Shown here: positions 22,149-32,770 of the stretch, piece after piece | Layout of the letters: each line of letters begins with the position of its first letter | How positions within the stretch are numbered: position 1 is the first letter of the stretch | Assembly (NCBI GenBank): GCA_963772455.1 | Contig: CAVYXJ010000021.1 | Span: forward strand, 1-64,000 | DNA from: Candidatus Bathyarchaeota archaeon | Lineage (GTDB): Archaea > Thermoproteota > Bathyarchaeia > Bathyarchaeales > Bathycorpusculaceae | Length of the DNA: 64,000 nucleotides | Direction: 5' to 3' | Notes under the pieces: model-generated | What the model was told of the DNA's origin: nothing | Database searches by the model: none | What the model saw: only the letters and a program-made list of their open reading frames with translations | Position numbers and translations under genes: made by a program

Positions 22149-22697
22149 TCACCTTGGCAACTGAATTGAACCAGCATCAAAACTATCTAAATGAAAACTG
22201 ACCCCTGCAACCACTGCATCTATGTTTTCGAAGACAATGTTGACTTTGCCGTTATCTTGATATTGAGTTTGAATTTGCTTGATTAATTCTGGGCTAAGGT
22301 TCCCAATTACGTCTACAATGCCGTTTTCGCCTGGAGCAATACTAATGGGTTTAGCAAGTTCAACGTTACCCAATTCAATGTTTTGGTCTTTAGATTTAAT
22401 ATCGGCTTTGAATTGGTCAACTGAAATTTCATTATTAAGTGGATTAGTAAAACTCAACGAAACATTAAGCGCCCCTGTATCAGGATCATATTGAGGTTCG
22501 CCCGCAATAGCTGGAGCCACAAAATCGGAAACTGTCACGTTACCAATTTGACCGTTTTCCAAATTAGATACTTCTGGCGGAAATACTAAACCAGACAAAT
22601 TATCCCTATAAAGAAGCGCCACACCAGCAAGAGGACCAACAACAATCACTATTGAAAGTATGGTTAACACAATTTTTATTTTTTCCATACCAACCAT
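22149..22697 (-). CDS. Hypothetical N-anchored protein with LEA-2-like beta-sandwich
   Basis: N-terminal TM, F.NPL...ISV, I.PGE motifs. Confidence 0.7.
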   Translation of the reverse strand: MVGMEKIKIVLTILSIVIVVGPLAGVALLYRDNLSGLVFPPEVSNLENGQIGNVTVSDFVAPAIAGEPQYDPDTGALNVSLSFTNPLNNEISVDQFKADIKSKDQNIELGNVELAKPISIAPGENGIVDVIGNLSPELIKQIQTQYQDNGKVNIVFENIDAVVAGVSFHLDSFDAGSIQLPR

Positions 22698-22742
22698 GCT
22701 ATATATGGTTTAATTACCATTTAATCTTTGCTAAAAACACCT

Positions 22743-23462
22743 TCAACTTTCTTTGCATTCCTTGTAAGGAGTACTTATAACATCCTTGACTCGGTTAGTT
22801 ATTACTGGACCTAACCCATGGACAGCTTTCTCCCAATCATCCACATTGATAAGTGCGTTTAATGGAGTTTGGTATGAATCTAAAATTGCAGTTGCTTTTT
22901 CTCGCCCAATACTTGGCAAACTGGCGATAAAGTACACTTGAGAATCTGAAAGGGTATCGCATTTTTTAAAAGCATGTACAACGGCACTTCTTTTCTCAAT
23001 AATTTGCTCTTGTCTAGCAGCGGTGTAGAGAAAATCAATAGTTTCTTTATATGAAGAGGTGCTGACTATGGCTATGCCGTTTTTGGCAAGATTAAACATG
23101 GCACCCCAAACCGAAGCGGGTGAAATGTTACTGTACTTATAGATAATAGGCATGTAGCCTTCGAGAACTATGAGTGATTTTGGATAAACTTCTTTTAACC
23201 TGAAGAGTTGCTCAAAAAGAAAGCGTCTTGTTAGAGTATATACGAAGTCGTTGACAGTTTTTCGTTCAACTGCACATTGGTCAGAAAGTATATAGTCTCC
23301 TTTCTCAAGCATCTCTGTTTTTACTTTGACACCTTTCTCAACTAAACCTTTAACAATTTTTTGTGCACTACTTGCTTCGCGACTATCCACAATTATGGTG
23401 GGTTCTTCACCAGGTTTCTTTTTCTCATTAATGAAGGGAACCAACGATTCAGTACCAGACAT
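22743..23462 (-). CDS. Short XPF/ERCC4 structure-specific nuclease
   Basis: IIVDSRE, GDY, VERKT..DF, C-terminal HhH motifs (LPSIGREKA, GLGP). Confidence 0.92.
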   Translation of the reverse strand: MSGTESLVPFINEKKKPGEEPTIIVDSREASSAQKIVKGLVEKGVKVKTEMLEKGDYILSDQCAVERKTVNDFVYTLTRRFLFEQLFRLKEVYPKSLIVLEGYMPIIYKYSNISPASVWGAMFNLAKNGIAIVSTSSYKETIDFLYTAARQEQIIEKRSAVVHAFKKCDTLSDSQVYFIASLPSIGREKATAILDSYQTPLNALINVDDWEKAVHGLGPVITNRVKDVISTPYKECKES

Positions 23463-23607
23463 ACAGTCAACTCTGCATACGTAACCAGAACTTGATATTT
23501 ATTTTACTTCCGCTATCAGAGCGAAGAACTAAAAAATTTTAAAATAAAAAGCCAAAATTACTTATAGAAAAACTGTTAAGAAAAAGAATTTTCTTCTGCA
23601 AAAATAG

Positions 23608-23757
23608 TTACTCGTATCTTGTTAGAAACATGGGTTCTTTTGCTTCTTTGCGCCTAACTTCATGGGGCACATCTTTCAGACACACCTGTGCTAACCTTGC
23701 TTGACCCTTACCTTGATTTCTTTTGGGGTACACACGGTCTCCATTTATGCCATCCAC
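23608..23757 (-). CDS. Possible 49-aa small protein
   Basis: GTG start ~6 nt after GGTGA; MDGINGDRVYPKRNQGKGQARLAQVCLKDVPHEVRRKEAKEPMFLTRYE*. Confidence 0.3.
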   Translation of the reverse strand: MDGINGDRVYPKRNQGKGQARLAQVCLKDVPHEVRRKEAKEPMFLTRYE

Positions 23758-23963
23758 ACAATTTCACCTTATGGTAATTTACTCTCAATTATAACATATA
23801 TGATGTTGTGATTGCCACAGCACAACAACAATTTAACAAAATATTTGCGAAATTTCAATAAAGAAAAGTAATTAAAATAAATTCAAGTCATTTTATACTG
23901 GAGCTTTGAAAAATTCTTTTAAAATATTTTGGTTTTAAAAATAAACAAAAGAAATTAAGGGGT

Positions 23964-25268
23964 TTATGGTCCCTTTTTGGTTATTTCTTTAATTGCGCCT
24001 GCTGCGACGGTGGTGCCCATGTCTCTGATTGCGAATCTTCCCAACTCTGGGAAGTCAATGAAGGCTTCGACTGCGATTGGGTGTAGTGGTTCCATTCGTA
24101 CCCATGCTGCGTCTCCTGTTTTGAGGTAGCTTGGGTGCTCTTCTGATACTTGTCCTGTGCGTGGGTCGATTTTCTTTATGAGTTCTGTGAATTTGACTGC
24201 GATTTGTCCTGTGTGGTAGTGGAGTACTGGTGTGTATCCTGCTGCGATTGCTGTTGGGTGGTAGATAACGATGATTTGTCCGATGAATTCTTTGGCTACG
24301 GTTGGTGGGTTGTCAGCAGGACCTGCAACGTCTCCGCGGTGTACGTCAGTTTTTGAGATACCTCTAACGTTCATTCCGATGTTATCGCCTGGTTCAGCCA
24401 TTGGGATTTGTGTGTGGTGCATTTCGATTGATTTAATTTCAGCAGTCTTATTTGATGGCATGAAGATTAGGGTTTGACCTGGTTTGAGTATGCCTGTTTC
24501 GACTCTGCCAACTGGAACTGTACCGATACCTGTGATGCTGTAAACATCTTGAATAGGAATACGTAGTGGCTTGTTTGTTGGTTTTGCTGGAATCTCAAGG
24601 AGATCGAATGCTTCCATTAAAGTTGGACCAGTATACCAGGGCATCTTGTCGCTTTTCTTGATTAAGTTGTCGCCTGTCCATCCAGAAACTGGGACAAAGT
24701 TAACTTTGTCAATCTTGTAGCCGACCATTTTGATCATTCTTGTGATTTCGTTCTTCATTTCATCGTATCTTTCTTTGCTCCAGTTAACGGAGGCATCGTC
24801 CATCTTGTTGATGGCAACGATAAGTTGGCGTATACCTAAAGTGTATGCTAAGAATGCGTGTTCACGAGTTTGACCGCCTGCTCCAATTCCTGCTTCGAAC
24901 TCGCCTTTTTTAGCTGAGCTGAAAAGAACTGCTGCATCGGCTTGGCTTGCTCCAGTGATCATGTTTTTGATGAAGTCTCTGTGACCTGGTGCGTCAATAA
25001 CGGTCATGTTGTATTTCTTGGTTGGGAATTGCAGGAATCGAAGGTCAATTGTGACACCTCGTTCTCTTTCTTCCTTCAAGTTGTCTAAAACCCAAGCGAA
25101 GTGGAATGTCGCTTTGCCCATTGCTTCGGCTTCTGCTTTGTAAGCATCAATTGTTCGTTGGTCGATAACACCAGCAAGGTACAATAAGTGACCTGTGGTT
25201 GTTGATTTTCCATTGTCAACGTGACCCATGATGATGATGTTTAAGTGTGGTTTATCGCTTTTGCTCAT
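23964..25268 (-). CDS. tuf: Translation elongation factor EF-1alpha
   Basis: KPHLN, GHVDNGKST, ERERGVTID, DAPGHRDF, NKMD, LGRFAIRDMG. Confidence 0.99.
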   Translation of the reverse strand: MSKSDKPHLNIIIMGHVDNGKSTTTGHLLYLAGVIDQRTIDAYKAEAEAMGKATFHFAWVLDNLKEERERGVTIDLRFLQFPTKKYNMTVIDAPGHRDFIKNMITGASQADAAVLFSSAKKGEFEAGIGAGGQTREHAFLAYTLGIRQLIVAINKMDDASVNWSKERYDEMKNEITRMIKMVGYKIDKVNFVPVSGWTGDNLIKKSDKMPWYTGPTLMEAFDLLEIPAKPTNKPLRIPIQDVYSITGIGTVPVGRVETGILKPGQTLIFMPSNKTAEIKSIEMHHTQIPMAEPGDNIGMNVRGISKTDVHRGDVAGPADNPPTVAKEFIGQIIVIYHPTAIAAGYTPVLHYHTGQIAVKFTELIKKIDPRTGQVSEEHPSYLKTGDAAWVRMEPLHPIAVEAFIDFPELGRFAIRDMGTTVAAGAIKEITKKGP

Positions 25269-25471
25269 TTTCATTCCTTCTATTAATCTTACCTAATTTT
25301 GTGAATTTGTTAACACATCAGTCCTCCGATTATTTTAAGTTTATGATGTTCCTCCCACTTGCAGTATGACATAAAAACCCAGAAATATCAGAAAAAATTA
25401 AACACAAATGATCAAGACATAAATTTTTGCGCACAAAATAACTTATAACCAATAACAGTTTATGAACACTC

Positions 25472-26131
25472 ATGAGTTTCAACACCCCTGTGATTGAAGG
25501 AATATCGGTAGTAACAACAACTTGGAATGAAGTGGCAAACATTGAGGAATTAATTCGCAGAGTCCGATTAACACTTCAAGATATTCCACACGAAATTATA
25601 GTTGTTGACGACAGTTCTTCTGATGGAACTCTCAAAGTTGCTGAACGTTTTGCTGATGTTGCAGTTGGAAAAATTCGAGAGGGACAAACCAAAGGTTTAC
25701 TTTACGGCGCTAAACTTGCCAAATTTCCAGTGATTGTAACTATAGATTCTGATTTAGAAAACAGTCCTGAACTAATACCCAAACTTGTAGAAAAAATTTC
25801 CGAATTTGATTTGGTGGTTGCATCTCGAACTGTTGTTCCCAGATTTTCTGAGAGGTGGGCTGCTAAAACGTTGGGTAAGATCTGCGGTGTTTCGGATTTC
25901 TATTCGAATTTTAGAATTTACAAAAAACAAAGCCTCGCAAAAGGTTTAGTTGGCGGAGAAACTTTTGGTGGAGAATTATTGGTTGTAGCCAAGAAGGAGG
26001 GGTTTAGGATTGGCGAAATAACCTATGAGGCTCCTCCAAGACGCAGCAAACCCCGAATTGGCGGTTCAATTAGAGCCAACTTGAGGATAATGCTGGCTTC
26101 GTTGAAGTGCTTTTTTATTTATCTGTTTTAA
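25472..26131 (+). CDS. GT2 glycosyltransferase (DPM1-like)
   Basis: WNE..NI, EIIVVDDSSSDGT, IDSD, VVASR. Confidence 0.9.
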   Translation: MSFNTPVIEGISVVTTTWNEVANIEELIRRVRLTLQDIPHEIIVVDDSSSDGTLKVAERFADVAVGKIREGQTKGLLYGAKLAKFPVIVTIDSDLENSPELIPKLVEKISEFDLVVASRTVVPRFSERWAAKTLGKICGVSDFYSNFRIYKKQSLAKGLVGGETFGGELLVVAKKEGFRIGEITYEAPPRRSKPRIGGSIRANLRIMLASLKCFFIYLF

Positions 26132-26208
26132 TTATTTCTAAAATTATTCAAGAAAAAATTATAGCATCAAAGAATTTAATAAAATAGGCAAAATTCTATG
26201 ATTAAAAA

Positions 26209-26595
26209 CTACTTTCGCTCGATAAGCTCAATGAGGGTTCCATCTGGGTCTTCTACAAAAGCAATCGTTGTTTTTTCGTTAAACTTGAATGGCTCATCTG
26301 TGATAACTATGTTTTCTTTGCGCATGGCTTCAAGAGTCATGTTTATATCAGTAACTTCAAAGCCCAAATGATCAAACAAACGTTCTTCATAGTCGGGTTG
26401 AGCGAACTTGTTTTGATTACGGAAAAAAGTTAATTCTAATTTGCATCCTTTTGCCTCTTCGTCCTGTAGAAACGCGATTTCAGCATTGGTTTGCTTTATT
26501 TCTTTGCGACTTAGAAGTTTTAATCCGAAGAACTTGGAATAAAAATCAATAGATTTCTCCATATTGCTTGTGCGAATACTAGTGTGAACAAACAT
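26209..26595 (-). CDS. VOC family / glyoxalase I-like protein
   Basis: HTSIR..NMEKSIDFY, LELT, DHLGF.V, FVEDPDG..IELIE. Confidence 0.92.
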   Translation of the reverse strand: MFVHTSIRTSNMEKSIDFYSKFFGLKLLSRKEIKQTNAEIAFLQDEEAKGCKLELTFFRNQNKFAQPDYEERLFDHLGFEVTDINMTLEAMRKENIVITDEPFKFNEKTTIAFVEDPDGTLIELIERK

Positions 26596-26639
26596 TTTTT
26601 TTCACCGGTCATTAATTAGATTTTTTCAGAGCCTTTAAG

Positions 26640-27071
26640 CTATGGGTTTTTTGCATGCTGGTCCAAGGTTTTATTGACAAGCTCATCAGCTCTTTCAATT
26701 TGCGGGTTACTTCTTGGAACGTTAACAAAACTAATTTTTTTGAAGCAAACCTTCAATTGCTGCACTTTACGCCAAAGCAGCCATAACTCGTTATTCTTTA
26801 CGGCGTATTGACCATTAAGTTGTTTTGCTACAAGTTCACTATCTAAATGACAAATAACCTCAGGCATTTTTTGGTCTGAAGCAAACTTAAGTGCCATCAA
26901 CAAAGCTTTGTATTCCGCTTGGTTATTAGTGTGAACTCCAATGAAGAGTGAATCAGCTTTTACTGTTTCACCTTTGTCATTTAAGGCAATGAAAGCTATT
27001 GCTGCTGGTCCTGGGTTACCTCTCGCTCCACCATCAGAATAAATCATCAATCGCTGAATCATAGTTTTCAC
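26640..27071 (-). CDS. rnhA: Ribonuclease HI
   Basis: YSDGGARGNPGPA, TNNQAEY, DSELV, VPR..N...ADEL. Confidence 0.92.
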   Translation of the reverse strand: MKTMIQRLMIYSDGGARGNPGPAAIAFIALNDKGETVKADSLFIGVHTNNQAEYKALLMALKFASDQKMPEVICHLDSELVAKQLNGQYAVKNNELWLLWRKVQQLKVCFKKISFVNVPRSNPQIERADELVNKTLDQHAKNP

Positions 27072-27140
27072 GTATCAGTTTAGCTTTAATTGATTATCCA
27101 AACCGTCAATATAGTTAAATAAAAAAAGCTGTTTGCAGCT

Positions 27141-28421
27141 TTATTTTTTTATAAGCGCCATTAATTGTGGCATAAGTTCACATCCACGCTCTATTATGCC
27201 AAGGCTGCCTTTTGCACATTCTTTTTCGCAGAATTTGATCGCTTTGCCGTTGCCGACAATTTTGTCGCCAGAAATTAGAATTGGAACAGGCGTGTCACTG
27301 TGTACTTTTAGGGCGCAAGGCGTGGCGTGGTCAGTTGTTATGCAGATCAGGTTGTCTTCAAGAGAAATCTGTTTTAGGAGTGGACCAAAGAAGTATTTGT
27401 CGATGGCTGAGATAATTTGAGTTTTTAATGTGCAGTTGCCATCGTGTCCAGGTTCGTCGGGTCCTTTTAAATGAATATAGAAGCAGTCATGTTTTGGCAA
27501 AGCTTCAAGAAGCGCTTTAACTCTTACTTCACAGTCTTTCTGAAGGTTACCTGACGGTGGTGGAAGCAATGATGATTCCATACCAGCCAATTGTGCAATA
27601 CCACGTTCTGCATGCATATCCGCCAAACAAGCGAAATTTACGTGATAACGCTCATTAATGTTGAAGAATTTCGGAAGCAAATGCCCTGCATCTCTGGTTA
27701 GAACAACGTTTGCTTTCAGTTTGCCTTCTGCAGCACGCTTGACGTTTATAGGGTGATTTTCCCAGAGATTGTGCGATTTTTCGATGAATTCATTTACAAG
27801 TGTAGCGGAAACTTTGGCTGCTTCCGTTTTGTCAGTGGGTTCGCAGGTTTGCAGAATCATTTCAACTTCAGCTTTAGCTACACCAAGTCCATTAACGATT
27901 GTGTATGCTGGGTCGCTGTTAGTTATGTTACTTGAAAATGGCTTTGCTTTGCTTTTTATCAGGAGTACTGCTCTGTGCCCTAAAGTGTTACGAAACTCAA
28001 AGGTTGCAGGGTAAGATTCGAGCTTAACTTCTTTGTTAACTGCTTTGCTAAGTTCAGTAGCTTCCTTAGTGCTTAAGGTACGTCCCACTCGGCGATCAAG
28101 AATATTTTTTCCTTGCCCTAAAGTAGCAAAGTTGCATCGCAGAGCTAAATCCCCATCCTTCATATTCAAGCCAATGCCAGCTGCTTCAATAACACCTCTG
28201 CCCGTGCTGTACTTGAAAGGATCATAACCTAAAAGCGAAATAACAGCAACATCACTCTCTGGAGCTACTCCCTTCTGAACTGTGTACATTAAACCTGTCT
28301 TCCCCGTTTTCGAAAGAGAATCCATATTGGGGGTTTCGGCCTCTTCGAGAGGAGTCTTGTTGCCTAAAGATTTTATTGGTAAATCGCCCATACCGTCGAT
28401 AGCAACATAGATTAGTTTCAA
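27141..28421 (-). CDS. apgM: 2,3-bisphosphoglycerate-independent phosphoglycerate mutase, archaeal type
   Basis: DGMGD, TPLE.A.TPNMD, PESD, GRG.IEA.G, KGPDEPGHDG, TDHATP, HS..PVP. Confidence 0.93.
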   Translation of the reverse strand: MKLIYVAIDGMGDLPIKSLGNKTPLEEAETPNMDSLSKTGKTGLMYTVQKGVAPESDVAVISLLGYDPFKYSTGRGVIEAAGIGLNMKDGDLALRCNFATLGQGKNILDRRVGRTLSTKEATELSKAVNKEVKLESYPATFEFRNTLGHRAVLLIKSKAKPFSSNITNSDPAYTIVNGLGVAKAEVEMILQTCEPTDKTEAAKVSATLVNEFIEKSHNLWENHPINVKRAAEGKLKANVVLTRDAGHLLPKFFNINERYHVNFACLADMHAERGIAQLAGMESSLLPPPSGNLQKDCEVRVKALLEALPKHDCFYIHLKGPDEPGHDGNCTLKTQIISAIDKYFFGPLLKQISLEDNLICITTDHATPCALKVHSDTPVPILISGDKIVGNGKAIKFCEKECAKGSLGIIERGCELMPQLMALIKK

Positions 28422-28483
28422 ATAATTTGCCTCGTAAAGGTTAAGCTAACTTGTTTAGTTTATTATTTTATGTCTTAAAATAC

Positions 28484-29443
28484 CTATCTTTTGATGGAAA
28501 GAACTTTTCTGATTTCGTCCTGGGTTTCTTGGGGACTTGCCGTTGTATTCACGAGATAGACGTCTGTTTGCTCGAAGAGTCTTTGGAAGAATTTTGATCT
28601 TAATTCGATTTTTCTATTATCCTTCACTAGTTGATGTGGGTTACAAAAGTTGTGCGCCAACAAATATTCAACTGCATCATCCGTTTCTAATTTAGTGACA
28701 ATATTTTTGTCTGAGGGGTCGCGTTTTAACATGATTATTTTGTGGATTGTAGCCATTGGAATCACCCCGCCGTTGCCCACTATCCAACGCACATTCACTA
28801 TTGCCCTGCCCCTTTGATCAAACAAGGCTTTATCAACTAAACGCTCGTACTCATTCCATATCTTGCCAATGTCTGCTTGGATGTAAGTGTTTTTTTCAGA
28901 ACCAAACGCTAAAGGTTCACGGCTACTAAGTCGAACAAAATACCAGTCATCGCTAATTAACCGTGCAGTTGGATTACGAAGCAACCCCCACGAATGAGTT
29001 GTTTTGCCGGTTCCGGATGGAGCAATAATTGAAACTCCTAATCGATCAACTTCAATCATTGCACCGTGAACTGAGTAAATCCTATGCTCATCTTCCAGAA
29101 TATCGCCTGCAACTGCAAGGGCAATGCTCTTTACCCAACCGTAATAATCGACATTAATCAAGAAAGCAGTCTTAGTGTATGGATCATATTTGATGCTGAA
29201 AGGTTGACCCGGCTTTGATAAAACAATAACTCGTCCATGTGAACGATTGTTTTCGTTTGCAGAAAAAAAGTTGTCTTCCCACTTATTTTTTGTAGTTTCA
29301 GAATCAGTCAAGATCTTCATGCAGCAACCATAAATTTCTGCTTTACTTGTGTAAAGTAGTTGAGATTCGTAGGTTTCAAAGAGTTTGTCTTTTTCTTCAG
29401 GAGTAATTAGTTCAACTGCATAACTCATTGATAAGTTCACCAA
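28484..29443 (-). CDS. HPr kinase/PEP carboxykinase-like P-loop protein
   Basis: VHGA, APSGTGKTT Walker A, LISDDW. Confidence 0.75.
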   Translation of the reverse strand: MVNLSMSYAVELITPEEKDKLFETYESQLLYTSKAEIYGCCMKILTDSETTKNKWEDNFFSANENNRSHGRVIVLSKPGQPFSIKYDPYTKTAFLINVDYYGWVKSIALAVAGDILEDEHRIYSVHGAMIEVDRLGVSIIAPSGTGKTTHSWGLLRNPTARLISDDWYFVRLSSREPLAFGSEKNTYIQADIGKIWNEYERLVDKALFDQRGRAIVNVRWIVGNGGVIPMATIHKIIMLKRDPSDKNIVTKLETDDAVEYLLAHNFCNPHQLVKDNRKIELRSKFFQRLFEQTDVYLVNTTASPQETQDEIRKVLSIKR

Positions 29444-29511
29444 AAAAATTTCTTATGCAGGTTAGTCTCAGACAAACCGATAAGGATTTCGCGAAGTTAC
29501 TAGCTGTTTTG

Positions 29512-30339
29512 TTAATTTTTTGTTTGTGCTACTGCATTTTGAAGCGTTCTTTTTCGTTTGTAAGTTAATGCTAATGCAGAGACTATTATCAATAAAACAA
29601 TCGCCCCAGCACTGTAAATCAATGTGCCATAATTTATGTCGACGTTGTTTGATATTTGCGGTTTAGATATGGGTTGATTCGAAATAGTAACGTTTGTTGG
29701 AGATGATACTTGACCACTTGAGTTGTCCTTTGGTGTAGACGTTGGCTGAGGAGATATTACCTTAGGGGTTGAACTGGGTTGGGCAGATGCCAAATCATTG
29801 ATTTTGCCAATACCGACACTTACACCAAGAGGGTAATCAGCTCCCGAGCTACTCATGGTCATCGTTGTAATCAGGGAAATCCAAGCGGCGCCGTTGTATC
29901 CTGCTAGAATTAAGCGAAGACCCTCAGGTAGAGGTCGACCATTTTGCTGGTAGGCTATTATGGTTTGCGGATGCATTGCCAATTCGATGGGTATGGATAC
30001 TTTGTAGCCGTCTGAAGCGATGAATTGAATTGAAGAAACTTCGGGGGTTGCTTGTACTTTGAAGAGCAGATCGCTTAGAAGTATTCCGGTCCAATTACCG
30101 GAGGTTGATAGGCTGCCATCGCAGTAAAGTTCAGCATAGACTGTTGTTGTGGGTATTGCTTGAAGATCTTCTTGTGAGAGGTTTATACTAGTACCAGTGA
30201 GGTTGATGATTTCTAAGTTGGAGATGGATTCTGCCATTGCTGAATTTGTTATCGCCGCCAATAATAGTCCTAATATTATTGCTATAGCGCATGTTGTGCT
30301 GCGTTTTATTTTCACTTGTATTTTGTCTCCTTTCCCCAT
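29512..30339 (-). CDS. Exported molybdopterin-binding oxidoreductase-like protein with C-terminal anchor
   Basis: Signal peptide, LYC, WTGILLSDLL, ASDGY, IIAYQQNG.PL, LRLI..G; S/T/P linker; TM + KRKR. Confidence 0.75.
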   Translation of the reverse strand: MGKGDKIQVKIKRSTTCAIAIILGLLLAAITNSAMAESISNLEIINLTGTSINLSQEDLQAIPTTTVYAELYCDGSLSTSGNWTGILLSDLLFKVQATPEVSSIQFIASDGYKVSIPIELAMHPQTIIAYQQNGRPLPEGLRLILAGYNGAAWISLITTMTMSSSGADYPLGVSVGIGKINDLASAQPSSTPKVISPQPTSTPKDNSSGQVSSPTNVTISNQPISKPQISNNVDINYGTLIYSAGAIVLLIIVSALALTYKRKRTLQNAVAQTKN

Positions 30340-30568
30340 TCCTTATGACATGCGTCATACTTTTAAACTCTTCCAAACAACATCAAAAAATTCAACGTTT
30401 TGCATACAAGAAGAAAACTCAAACCTAGCAAACAAAATAGAACCTAAGAAAATCAAATTCACCAAATTACCTTCAAAAAATGGGGTAAAGCCCAAGGCAA
30501 ACACTCAAAATGAAAAGACCACCTTAACCATAAAAGTTAAAGTTAAAAAAAATAAAGCCACATTTCAA

Positions 30569-30835
30569 CTATTTGTTTGCATCAAGCTTACCAAACCAAC
30601 GCAGACGCCAATTCAAAATTTCCATCATTTGACGCTCCAATTCCTCATACCTCATCTCATATTCTTCAGCTTGCCATTTGTGGGGTAGTTCATATTCAAA
30701 TTCAAGTGATGGAAAATCGTTATTTGCTTCGTGCAAAATGTCTCGAATATAATCAGGCGGAACAATTTTGTTGGGTAAATAGGGATCGACAATTGTTTCC
30801 TCTAATTTTCCTTTGGTCATTCTTGTTTTCTCCAA
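30569..30835 (-). CDS. Hypothetical protein
   Basis: 88-aa ORF with protein-like charged composition. Confidence 0.55.
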   Translation of the reverse strand: MEKTRMTKGKLEETIVDPYLPNKIVPPDYIRDILHEANNDFPSLEFEYELPHKWQAEEYEMRYEELERQMMEILNWRLRWFGKLDANK

Positions 30836-31225
30836 TCTAATTCTTTATCGCTATTTAATATTAATCGGCAATTATAACCAAGTAAGGGGTAATTACAGAG
30901 ATTATTAAACGCAAGTTGTTGCAGTCAAACAGTCACAAAGCTTGAGAATATTTCAAAAGCTAATTATTATAAGACCTCAAGAACGAATTTGGGATATCAA
31001 GGTCTTCCAAAATTAGATCCAAGCTTGCCATGTTTCACAAGTGGTTCAAGCTACTTAGCGGTTATTTGATTCAAAAAAATCAAGCTTTTTGATTAAAAAT
31101 TTTTATTTTGACTCAAAAATGAATCTTAAAATACATAAATAACATGTGATTGTGCTAAGCCTATCACAATTTCTTATATTAATTGAAGACCATATAGATA
31201 GCGTCTAAAAAAGAGATAGTCTAAA

Positions 31226-31498
31226 ATGGCACGAAACCAAAAAATTAACTTCGCTTCGAACCAAGACATTAAAAGCAAATCCACCAAACATCAAAAAGGA
31301 ATGCCCACAATCAGATGCGTGTGTGGCTTAAGAATTTTGATTATCCCTGATTTGCAAGCCATGAACCGCGCAATAAAAAAACATCTTGCCGAACACAAAC
31401 ATGCGGATAATGGTTTAACGTTGGACTCGTTAGAGGAGTCTTTGACTGAACAGATTCTGATAGCTGCAAGCAAAATGAGTCTGCAAAATTTAAGTTAG
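31226..31498 (+). CDS. Small CxCG...HxxxH putative Zn-binding protein
   Basis: MPTIRCVCGLRILIIPDLQAMNRAIKKHLAEH; paralog at 52019-52288. Confidence 0.7.
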   Translation: MARNQKINFASNQDIKSKSTKHQKGMPTIRCVCGLRILIIPDLQAMNRAIKKHLAEHKHADNGLTLDSLEESLTEQILIAASKMSLQNLS

Positions 31499-31831
31499 TC
31501 ATGTATAATTTGTAAAGTCTTCTATAATTAAGTCGATAGTGGAAAGAAGTCTGTCAGGTTTACCTCATCACCATAACTATTAAAAATTGATGTAATGAAA
31601 ATGAAATCAGGAATATATTGAGCAGAAAAAGAATAACTGTTTCTCTTCAGTTAACCCCCAAAAAAGAAACATCGTTATATTAACTTTATAGATGGTAACT
31701 CACGCAATTAGATTTCGAAATATTCTTTTGTTCTTTCAAAAACAGCTGTCAACTATCATGCTTTGAAATTCAGAGAATTTAAATATTAAAAATATTGTTT
31801 TCATGTGATTGAACAAAGCAATGGCGATATT

Positions 31832-32134
31832 ATGACTTTGGTTAAAGTTGCCAAAACATTTGACGTCCCTGTAGGAAAGATGAAACACGTAGAAGCTGAT
31901 GGACTAGAATTCCTTGTTGCTAATGTTGAAGGCAAGTTCTATGCTGTTGGTGATAGATGCCCTCATCTTCACGCTAAAGTATCAGAAGGCACGTTGATTA
32001 AAACAACTGTTATATGTCCAAGGCATCTTTCAAGCTTTGATGTAACAACGGGCAGAGTAATCTCTGGGACACATAGCAACTTACCAAGTTACGACATTAA
32101 AGTGGAAGGCGAAGACTTACTAATAAAAATTTGA
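31832..32134 (+). CDS. Rieske [2Fe-2S] ferredoxin
   Basis: CPH...CPRH ligand motifs, FDVTTG. Confidence 0.92.
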   Translation: MTLVKVAKTFDVPVGKMKHVEADGLEFLVANVEGKFYAVGDRCPHLHAKVSEGTLIKTTVICPRHLSSFDVTTGRVISGTHSNLPSYDIKVEGEDLLIKI

Positions 32135-32555
32135 GCAGTGCTATACCGTTAACTAAACTTTATTCTAAGAAACACCAGCCTTTCAGCATTTCACTTTTAA
32201 CTATCTCTCCATCATGGGTGACAGTCGTTTCAAACCTTAACTTTTAAAGTCAATGGAGCTATTATTCGCAGAGTTTCTAGGTTACCGAGCATTAGAAAAC
32301 ACTCTCCTCTATATACAGCTAGAAAAGAATCTCTTCAAGAATTTGCTAAACGACCGATTCATAATCAAAGTTGCACAACACAGAAGTCTGCAAACTACTT
32401 GAGGTGGGTTTTGATTACATAACTGGAGAGTACAACGATGGCGGATAAATCTTCCGAAAGCGAAAATAAGGTGTTTGTCATGACTCTATCGAAGCCAAGC
32501 ATTTGGCCGAGAAAAAAGTAAAAACGGCCGAAATCACAGAAACCAACATCAAAGC

Positions 32556-32632
32556 GGCCGGGGTGGTGTAGCTTGGTAGCATAGAGGCCTGTGGAGCCTT
32601 TCGCCCGAGTTCAAATCTCGGCCCCGGCCCCA
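32556..32632 (+). tRNA. tRNA-His(GTG) with encoded G-1 and CCA
   Basis: G-GCCGGGG...GAGGC-CT-GTG-GA-GCCTT...CCGAGTTCAAATCTCGG-CCCCGGC-C-CCA. Confidence 0.95.
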
Positions 32633-32770
32633 CCAAATTTGATCAGTATTGTTTACTTAAATTAAGTTGTCTAGAGCTTATGAAAAACTCAGGAATTTAG
32701 AAATAAAATAAATAATTTGAATTTTATTGATAGTAGTTACGAAAAAAATTGCTGCTGAGAAAACAAGAAT

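Noticed and set aside
30197-30688. 163-aa plus-strand ORF
   Set aside because: Overlaps two minus-strand genes; low-complexity A-rich composition
29512-32635. Integrated element at tRNA-His or tRNA-Pro
   Set aside because: No integrase and no duplicated tRNA 3' end found
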